Made by a program: the position numbers and the translations under genes. Under the pieces are notes generated by a model that was not told the DNA's origin, ran no database searches, and was given only the letters and a program-made list of their open reading frames with translations. 64,000 nt of DNA, taken from NCBI GenBank assembly GCA_964549045.1, contig CAZJUA010000022.1:33422-97421 (forward strand). Direction: 5' to 3'. The first letter of the stretch is position 1. Each line of letters starts with the position of its first letter. Below are positions 57,894 through 64,000 of this stretch, piece after piece. This DNA comes from an uncultured bacterium. GTDB lineage: Bacteria > Deinococcota > Deinococci > Deinococcales > Trueperaceae.

Positions 57894-59066
57894 TCAGTCG
57901 GACGGCAGGAAGACCCAGGCCTCCGGGCGACCCAGGTTGCAGTGGACGGCGCGGCCGAGGAGTCCGCCGGAGGCCCACGACAGGTAGAGCGCCACCCGGG
58001 CGGCGTGCCACGTCGCTCCGGCCGCCGGGCCGGGGGCCCGTGTGCCGTTCAGGACGGCAAGACGACGGGCCAGCGAGGGGATCGGATGGAAGATCGCCTC
58101 GACCGCCTCCGACCGAGAGGGCTCGTCGTCCTGGTCATGGTCGAGGGCCTCGAGCGCCGCCGCCAGCCGCAGCGGATCGGCACCTGCCGCGACCGCCGCG
58201 AGATCGGCGTGGTGAACGGCCCAACGGGAAGGGGTCGGCAGCACCAGGACGCCGACGAAGGAGCCCAGCGTTCCCAGGAGCGCCAGGCGGACGACGTCGG
58301 CGGCGCCGACCGGCGGGCCCCACGTGGCCACCGCCAACGCGACGGGCAACGCGTTCCAGAAGACCGCGAGCCACACCCCGCGATCGCGTGCGCCCGAGCG
58401 CTCGATCCACGTCCGCCGCAGGGCCTGGGCAGCGAGCGCCGAACGTTCCGGCGCCGACGTCCAGCGTTCGGCCCACGCCCACCCGGTCGCGAGCGGCGGG
58501 CCGTACGCGCCGCCGGTGACGTGGGCTTGCGGGGCCTCGATCACCAGCGTCCGCCGGCCGAGGTCGCCCAGGGCGCCGCGCCCGTCGGCTCGTCGTAGCT
58601 CGGTCTTCCCCACCGCGGCCGCGATCCACGGTTGCCCGGCGAGCAGCGCCAGCACCAGGGCCAGGTAGGCGGCCCAGGTTCCCCAGGCGCCGCCAGCGCG
58701 CGCGGCGAGCATCAGGGCCGTGCCGGCGAGCGTGAGGGCGAGGCCGTGCAGCAGCGCGCCGCGCCACCAGCGCTGCAAGAAGCCGGCGAGACGCTCACGG
58801 GTGCGCCCGTACTCGCGCGGGATCAGGAACCCGGCGAACAGATCGAAGGGCGCCAGCACGGCGGCCTGCAGCGCGACCGCGAGCGCGATCCATGCCGCGT
58901 CCGCCGCCCATGGCCCCGGCACCGTCAGCCACAGCCGGCCGGGCAGGCCCAGCAGCAGGGCGGCCGCGGACAGAACGGTGACCGTGCCGACGGCCGAGAT
59001 CCCCAGGAACAGGCGTGCGCGGGCATACGTGAGCACGGGCGTCGAGGCTGCCGCCGGGGTCGTCAT
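57894..59066 (-). CDS. Multi-pass membrane protein, M48 (HtpX/Ste24)-like fold with all zinc ligands substituted
   Basis: 390 aa with about 6 TM helices. The C-terminal SRWAVHHADLAAVAAGADPLRLAAALEAL..IFHPIPSLARRLAVL aligns by eye with E. coli HtpX SRHREFHADAGSAKLVG..AALQRL..THPPLDKRIEAL. At the HExxH position the sequence reads QALRR. Confidence 0.5.
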   Translation of the reverse strand: MTTPAAASTPVLTYARARLFLGISAVGTVTVLSAAALLLGLPGRLWLTVPGPWAADAAWIALAVALQAAVLAPFDLFAGFLIPREYGRTRERLAGFLQRWWRGALLHGLALTLAGTALMLAARAGGAWGTWAAYLALVLALLAGQPWIAAAVGKTELRRADGRGALGDLGRRTLVIEAPQAHVTGGAYGPPLATGWAWAERWTSAPERSALAAQALRRTWIERSGARDRGVWLAVFWNALPVALAVATWGPPVGAADVVRLALLGTLGSFVGVLVLPTPSRWAVHHADLAAVAAGADPLRLAAALEALDHDQDDEPSRSEAVEAIFHPIPSLARRLAVLNGTRAPGPAAGATWHAARVALYLSWASGGLLGRAVHCNLGRPEAWVFLPSD

Positions 59067-59072
59067 GCGGCG

Positions 59073-59078
59073 ACGCTA
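59073..59078 (-). promoter_or_regulatory. -10 element (cggTAGCGT) 6 nt upstream of the M48-like gene ATG; leaderless-type promoter
   Basis: The minus-sense sequence reads ccggTAGCGTcgccgcATG. Confidence 0.45.
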
Positions 59079-59172
59079 CCGGACGGGCGCCCCACCGTCT
59101 GCGACCCTGGCTCCGGTCGCGGTAGGGTCGCCCGCCCCCGTCCGCGCGGCGGCGATCGCCGGTGCGGGGTCG

Positions 59173-59853
59173 CTACGGCACCGTGCAGTCGCCCCAGGCG
59201 TCGACCGACGCGGCGAGCTCCGCGAGGTCGCCGTACACGCGGTCGGCGGCCATCAACGCTGCAGCCTCGAAGGTCCCGGCGACGGCCGCCACGCGCATGC
59301 CTCCGGCCCGACCGGCCTCCACGCCGGCGACCGAGTCCTCCACGACCCAGCAGCGTTCGGGCCCCACGCCGACACGCTCCGCCGCGAGGAGGAAGATGTC
59401 TGGCGCGGGCTTGCCGGCGACGACCTCATCACCGGTCACCGCCGCGTCGAAGAGCTCGAGGATGCCCGTGTTCGCCAACCTCGCGGCCATGCGCGGACGC
59501 TCGGTCGACGTCGCCAGCGCCAGGCGCCAACCCCGCTCGCGGAGGCCCCGCAGGAGCGGCGCGGCCGCAGGAAAGGGGCGGATCTCGCCGGCCTGCAACG
59601 CCGCCTCCTTGCGCGCGTCGTAGTCGGCCACGAAGGCGTCCGTCTCCACCCCGACGCCCTGCAGGCGCGGTGCCAACAGGTGACGCAGGTAGGCCCGGGG
59701 ACGACCGCACACGGACCGCAGCTCGTGGTCGTCGACCTCGACGCCGCACGCCCGCAGACGTGCTTGCAGAAGCGCCAGGCTGGGCCGCTCGCTGTCGAGC
59801 AGTACGCCGTCCATGTCGAACAGGACCGCACCGACCTCGGGCACTCCGCTCAT
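59173..59853 (-). CDS. HAD-superfamily hydrolase (beta-phosphoglucomutase/phosphatase-like)
   Basis: 226 aa with motif I AVLFDMDGVLLDS, motif II LATST and motif IV VVEDSVAGVEAG. GGAGGG lies upstream. Confidence 0.85.
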   Translation of the reverse strand: MSGVPEVGAVLFDMDGVLLDSERPSLALLQARLRACGVEVDDHELRSVCGRPRAYLRHLLAPRLQGVGVETDAFVADYDARKEAALQAGEIRPFPAAAPLLRGLRERGWRLALATSTERPRMAARLANTGILELFDAAVTGDEVVAGKPAPDIFLLAAERVGVGPERCWVVEDSVAGVEAGRAGGMRVAAVAGTFEAAALMAADRVYGDLAELAASVDAWGDCTVP

Positions 59854-59981
59854 GGGTCGCCACCCTCCTGCGCCGGGCAGCGCGCGACGCGGGCCAAGGT
59901 TACCGCGGCCGGCGGGCCGCGCGCCGGGCCGGGCCGCCCGCGGGTCGCCCGCGTTGCCGCCCGCGGCCGCGGTCGGCTGCG

Positions 59982-61070
59982 ATGATGACGACGATGCTCC
60001 GCCGCCCGCTCCGCCACCTGCTCACCGCGATCCTGCTCGTCGCGGCGGTCGCGATCGTCGCTGGCAAGGTGTGGCTGGCCGTGAGCGGCCCCTACCTCGA
60101 GGCGCTCCCCCTCTACCCCACCTGTACCGAGGCCGAGGCGGCGCTGGCCGACGACCGCCTGCTCGAGGCGCTGGAGCTCGCCGAGGCCGGCGGCTGCACG
60201 ACCGTGCTGGCGGAGGCGGAGGCGCGGTGGCACGCACCGCTGGCCACCCTCGAACGGTGCGCGGCCGGTGTGTGGACCGGGGTCGGCGACGGCGCCGCCG
60301 GTGTCGCCTGCGCCGTGGCCAGCGATCTGTTGGTCTTCGGCGACGTGCGCGACCTGACGCGCCAGGGGGTCGCCTGGGGCCGCGGCGAAGCGACCGATCC
60401 CCTGCTCGTCGGGCTGTCGACCGCGGGCATCGTGTTGACGTTCGCGCCCCACGTGGGCGTCGGGAACGCGCTTCTCAAGACGGCGCGTCGCGCCGGTAGC
60501 CTGACGCGCGGCCTCGCCGATCGCGTCCTCTCGCTGCTGCGCCGCGGTGCCTGGGGCGCGCTGGCCGACCTCTCGACGGATGCGGCCCGCGTGTCGACGA
60601 GGCTCGGCGTGGCGCGCGGCACGCGGGCACTGGCGTACGCCGACGATGCCGCCGACCTCGCGTCGCTCGCCCGCTTCGTCGAGCGGGCGCCGGCACCACT
60701 GCTGGCGCTGCGCTGGGGCGGCAAGCAGACGCTGCGCCTGGCCGACGACGACGCGCTCTACCGGACCGCCTTGGCCCGCGGCCCCGAGGGGCTGCGGCTG
60801 GCCGCCGAGCGCGGCGGACGCGCGCTGCTCGCCCGCCAGCCGCTACTGATCACGCTCGGCAAGGCCATCGTCAAGCACCCCGACGAACTGGCGGGCCTGC
60901 TCGCGCGCTGGGCGACCTGGCTGCTGCGCTGGGTGACCTGGCCGTGGGCGCTGCTGGCGTCCGGCACGCTGGTCATGCTGGCCCTCGCGGCGCGGCCCGG
61001 CCGCCGGCGGCGGTCGTCGCGCCCGCGCGGTGGGTCGGTGGCGGTGGCGCCCCCGCGGGCCCCCAACTAG
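59982..61070 (+). CDS. Hypothetical membrane protein (N- and C-terminal TM helices)
   Basis: The track ORF (812 aa) is trimmed to the ATG at 59982 (MMTTMLRRPLRHLLTAILLVAAVAIVAG..). It has a C-terminal TM helix WALLASGTLVMLALAA followed by an Arg-rich tail. No family recognised. Confidence 0.5.
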   Translation: MMTTMLRRPLRHLLTAILLVAAVAIVAGKVWLAVSGPYLEALPLYPTCTEAEAALADDRLLEALELAEAGGCTTVLAEAEARWHAPLATLERCAAGVWTGVGDGAAGVACAVASDLLVFGDVRDLTRQGVAWGRGEATDPLLVGLSTAGIVLTFAPHVGVGNALLKTARRAGSLTRGLADRVLSLLRRGAWGALADLSTDAARVSTRLGVARGTRALAYADDAADLASLARFVERAPAPLLALRWGGKQTLRLADDDALYRTALARGPEGLRLAAERGGRALLARQPLLITLGKAIVKHPDELAGLLARWATWLLRWVTWPWALLASGTLVMLALAARPGRRRRSSRPRGGSVAVAPPRAPN

Positions 61071-61079
61071 TTCACACGT

Positions 61080-61100
61080 TCACGAGCAATTCGCTCGTGA
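61080..61100. terminator. Hairpin between convergent genes 59982-61070 and 61122-61433
   Basis: An 8-bp stem TCACGAGC/GCTCGTGA with loop AATTC. Confidence 0.4.
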
Positions 61101-61121
61101 CCTCGTGCCGGCGGCGTCGAT

Positions 61122-61433
61122 TCAATCCTCCTCCGTCACGTCCTCGATCCACGACAGGCCCTTCATCATCGCCGGGAAGCCGAGCGTGGTGGCGGCCAGG
61201 AACGCCACGTGGCGCACGTCCTCGCCGCCGATGCCGGCCTCCAGCGCCTGGCGCGTGTGGCTGTGGGTCGCGCCCTCCGACCCGGCGGCGAGCGCCAGGG
61301 CCAGCTTCACGAGGCGGCGCTCGCGCTCGGAGAGCGGGCCGGCCTCGTGGGCGGCAGACGCGAAGCGCTCGTACGCCTCGGCCAGCTCGGGGTGCTCGCG
61401 GTGCAGGCGCAGGTAGGGTGCGGGTTTGCTCAT
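61122..61433 (-). CDS. Carboxymuconolactone decarboxylase family protein (AhpD-like fold)
   Basis: Trimmed to the ATG at 61433, which has GAGGAGG upstream. The 103-aa product reads LSERERRLVKLALALAAGSEGATHSHTRQALEAG...DVRHVAFLAATTLGFP, a CMD-family pattern. Confidence 0.7.
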   Translation of the reverse strand: MSKPAPYLRLHREHPELAEAYERFASAAHEAGPLSERERRLVKLALALAAGSEGATHSHTRQALEAGIGGEDVRHVAFLAATTLGFPAMMKGLSWIEDVTEED

Positions 61434-61641
61434 GCTGCCTCCTCGGGCCCGAAGCGGGCCTGCCTCCATGCTACCCGCGGCCGCGGGGCCCTGCGGCGGC
61501 CGGCGCAGGGCACGGCGCCCGCGGGCGCCGACGTAGCATCGAGGCATCGTCCGGGACGGCGTGCCGGGCCGACGGTCCACGGTGGCCGGCGCGAGGTCGG
61601 CGTCCGCGGTGCGCCGCCGGCCGCGACGGTGGAGGTGGTGC

Positions 61642-62865
61642 ATGCGCGACGACGCGTTCGTGCTCGGGGTCAACTACTGGCCGCGACGCAAGGCGATGGC
61701 CTGGTGGTCCGATTTCGATGCGCAGGAGGTGCGCGCCGAGTTCCGCACGATCGGCGACCTCGGACTCGACGTCGTGCGCGTGTTCCTGCTGTGGGACGAC
61801 TGGCAGCCCACGTCGGCGTCCGTCGCCGAAGCCTGCCTGGCGAACCTCGGCCGCGTCCTGGACGCCGCCGCCGAGCTCGACCTCGGTGTCGACGTCACCT
61901 TCTTCACCGGGCACATGAGCGGCCCCAACTGGGCGCCCGCTTGGCTGCTGCGCGAAGGCCCGCGCGACCCGGGGCCCACACCGCGGACGGTGGTCAGCGG
62001 CGGCCGGCGCGTAGGGCTCGCCTACCGCAACCCGTTCCACGACCCCGAGGCGCTGCGCGCGGCCGAGACGCTGCTGCGCGCCGTGGTCGGCCGCTACCGG
62101 GACCACCCCGGCGTGTGGCTGTGGAACCTCGGCAACGAGCCCGACCTCTTCGCCTGGCCGGCGTCGCCCGCCGAGGGGCGCGCGTGGGTCCGGCGCATGG
62201 CCCGCGTGATCCGCGAGCTCGATCCCCATCACCCGGTCACCTGCGGCCTGCACGTCGACAGCCTGCTGCAGGACAACGGCCTGCGCGTGAGCGACGTCTT
62301 CGCCGAGACGGACGTCGCCGTGATGCACGGCTACCCGATGTACGCTGACTGGGCCAGGGGCCCGCTCGATCCGGACTTCGTCCCGTTCACCTGTGCCCTC
62401 ACCACGGCGCTGAGCGGCAAGCCGACGCTCATGGAGGAGTGGGGCGGCTGCACGGCGGCGCCGGGCGAGCCCTCGCACGTCATGCGCTGGAGCCACGACG
62501 GCGTCGAGCGGACGCAGTTCATGGCGTCCGAGGACGACCTCGCGGCCTACGTCGCCGCGGTCCTCCCGCGGTTGGTCGAGGTCGGCGCGACCGGCGCGAT
62601 GCTGTGGTGCTTCGCCGACTACGCGGAGGCGCTGTGGGACCGGCCCCCGTGCGACGAGGCCCAGCACGAGCGCTTCTTCGGGTTGGTGAGGCCCGACGGC
62701 TCGCTCAAACCGCACGCCGAGGCCGTGCGCGCCTTCGCACGCACGCGGCCGCGGGTCCGGCCAGCGGCGCGGCGCATCGAGCTCGACGTCACGCCCGACA
62801 CCTACTACGCGGACCCCGCCGGCCACGCCAAGCGCCTGTACGCCGGTTACCTCGCGCGCAGGTGA
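61642..62865 (+). CDS. Glycoside hydrolase, GH5-like (TIM barrel)
   Basis: Trimmed to the ATG at 61642, which has GGAGG 8 nt upstream. VNYWP, WNLGNEPD (acid/base Glu in NEP) and LMEEWGG (candidate nucleophile Glu) match clan GH-A/GH5 spacing. Confidence 0.7.
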   Translation: MRDDAFVLGVNYWPRRKAMAWWSDFDAQEVRAEFRTIGDLGLDVVRVFLLWDDWQPTSASVAEACLANLGRVLDAAAELDLGVDVTFFTGHMSGPNWAPAWLLREGPRDPGPTPRTVVSGGRRVGLAYRNPFHDPEALRAAETLLRAVVGRYRDHPGVWLWNLGNEPDLFAWPASPAEGRAWVRRMARVIRELDPHHPVTCGLHVDSLLQDNGLRVSDVFAETDVAVMHGYPMYADWARGPLDPDFVPFTCALTTALSGKPTLMEEWGGCTAAPGEPSHVMRWSHDGVERTQFMASEDDLAAYVAAVLPRLVEVGATGAMLWCFADYAEALWDRPPCDEAQHERFFGLVRPDGSLKPHAEAVRAFARTRPRVRPAARRIELDVTPDTYYADPAGHAKRLYAGYLARR

Positions 62866-63041
62866 CGGCCGTGAGCGAACGCCGCTGCCCCACCGCCCTC
62901 GCTGGGGGCGCGGCCAGCGGCGCCTGCCAGATCGAGGGCGGTTCGCGCGCGTGCGGGCACGGACGGTCGATCCGCGTCGCCCCCTAGGCGGCCCCGAGGC
63001 GCCCCGTGCGGGTGTCATGGCCTTGTCAGGTGGGCGGCCGC

Positions 63042-63047
63042 TATACT
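63042..63047 (+). promoter_or_regulatory. -10 element TATACT upstream of the mini-ORF/PEP-utilising enzyme gene
   Basis: The sequence reads ggccgcTATACTgccg, about 40 nt upstream of the ATG at 63086. No acceptable -35 is present. Confidence 0.3.
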
Positions 63048-63108
63048 GCCGCCCTCGACCCCACAGGCCCGACCCGGAGGCGACGATGATCCCAGTCGTA
63101 CGGCGCAC

Positions 63109-64000
63109 GTGAACCCCTTCGTCCTGTTCCTCGGCGATCCCCGCGCGGCGGACCCCAGCCTCGTCGGCCCGAAGGCGGCCCACCTGAGCGCGCTCGCGGC
63201 CACCCACCCGGTGCCGCCCGGCTTCTGCCTGACGGCCGAGGCTTACCGCCGTGCCCACCGCGCCGGCGGCATCGACCCGGAACTCAGCCGCGCCATCGTC
63301 GAGGCGTACACCCGACTCGTGGGCGACGCCTCGCCGCCGCCGCCCGTCGCGGTGCGCTCCTCGGCGCTCGACGAGGACGGCCCGGCCGCCTCCTTCGCCG
63401 GCCAACACGAGACGATCCTCGGCGTCGTCGGCCTCGACGCCGTGCTCGACGCGGTCACGCGCACCTGGGCCTCGCTTCACAGCGGCGCCGCCCTCGCCTA
63501 CCGGCGCGACCACGGGCTGCCGGAAGACGGCCTCGCGCTCGCCGTGCTCGTGCAGCGCCTGATCGTCGCGGACGTGTCCGGGGTCGCCTTCAGCGTCGAC
63601 CCGGTGTCCGGTCGGCGCGACCGGATGGTCGTCAACGCCACCTGGGGGCTGGGTGAGAGCCTGGTCGCCGGGCACGTCACGCCCGACGGCTGGACGCTCG
63701 ACAAGACGGACCTGCAGGTCGTCGAGGCCCGACCCAGCGAGAAGGGCAAGATGACCGTCCTCGCCGACGGTCGCACCCGAGAGCTAGCGGTGCCGAAGTT
63801 CCTCCGGGAGCGGCCGGCGCTCGCGGACGACGACCTCGCCGCCGTGGCCGAGCTGACGCGCGACCTCGAGGCGCACCAGGGGTGGCCGGTGGACGTCGAG
63901 TTCGCGGTGGCGGACGGCGAACTCCACCTCCTGCAGTGCCGCCCGGTGACCGCGCTGCCCGACGACACCACCGTGGACGAGGCGCTGGGCGAGCTGCCGG
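63109..64000 (+). CDS. PEP-utilising enzyme, PPDK_N (pyruvate phosphate dikinase/PEP synthase ATP-grasp) domain protein (partial; continues beyond the window end)
   Basis: Not in the ORF track because it runs off the edge. My translation from the GTG at 63109 reads VNPFVLFLGDPRAADPSLVGPKAAHLSALAATHPVPPGFCLTAEAY..VAVRSSALDEDGPAASFAGQHETILGV..VAFSVDP..WGLGESLVAGHVTPD..VEFAVADGELHLLQCRPVT. Confidence 0.8.
   Translation, partial: MNPFVLFLGDPRAADPSLVGPKAAHLSALAATHPVPPGFCLTAEAYRRAHRAGGIDPELSRAIVEAYTRLVGDASPPPPVAVRSSALDEDGPAASFAGQHETILGVVGLDAVLDAVTRTWASLHSGAALAYRRDHGLPEDGLALAVLVQRLIVADVSGVAFSVDPVSGRRDRMVVNATWGLGESLVAGHVTPDGWTLDKTDLQVVEARPSEKGKMTVLADGRTRELAVPKFLRERPALADDDLAAVAELTRDLEAHQGWPVDVEFAVADGELHLLQCRPVTALPDDTTVDEALGELP

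Noticed and set aside
63022-63027. TTGTCA as the -35 for the TATACT -10 at 63042
   Set aside because: The spacer would be only 14 nt, too short for a sigma-70-type promoter. I kept only the -10, at low confidence.

Overview
Very GC-rich (about 70% by eye), gene-dense chromosomal segment. I support 56 protein-coding genes and 5 tRNAs, most on the minus strand and packed into long operons. I found no rRNA, CRISPR array, transposase, integrase or recognisable phage or defence module. The content is mostly housekeeping: TPR-hisCBH; an nfeD-floA-phoH-pgpH-ybeY-dgkA-cdd operon with Bacillus-like gene order; erpA; glycine cleavage gcvT-H-PA-PB; mglB-mglA; nagB; a MalEFG-like ABC transporter coupled to glpK-glpD; cysS-dprA; thrS; two cyclophilins; pilT; dnaE; yebC; dnaJ-hspR; an M20 peptidase; smc; and a truncated globin. 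Gene content (MglAB, FloA/NfeD, an HspR/HAIR-like operator, many apparently leaderless genes) suggests a Deinococcota-like or other high-GC Terrabacteria lineage, which is inference only. Many long ORFs in the supplied track are high-GC artefacts, either antisense shadows or N-terminal read-through. I re-set numerous starts using homology, Shine-Dalgarno sites, 4-nt ATGA/GTGA stop-start overlaps and a recurrent -10 motif. The most interesting items are: (1) a tightly coupled five-gene envelope operon (30131-36036) whose last three membrane proteins I cannot assign to any characterised family; (2) a window-wide promoter grammar in which GG/TGn-TAnnnT sits 5-7 nt before start codons, implying leaderless mRNAs; (3) a sugar ABC transporter without an ATPase gene, translationally coupled to glpK-glpD, with a tRNA-Leu 7 nt after the last stop codon; (4) a small cluster holding an M48-like membrane pseudo-protease, a zinc-ribbon/DUF4145-like protein and a hydrolase-like orphan. 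None of these is proven novel. All family calls rest on reading the translations, not on database searches.
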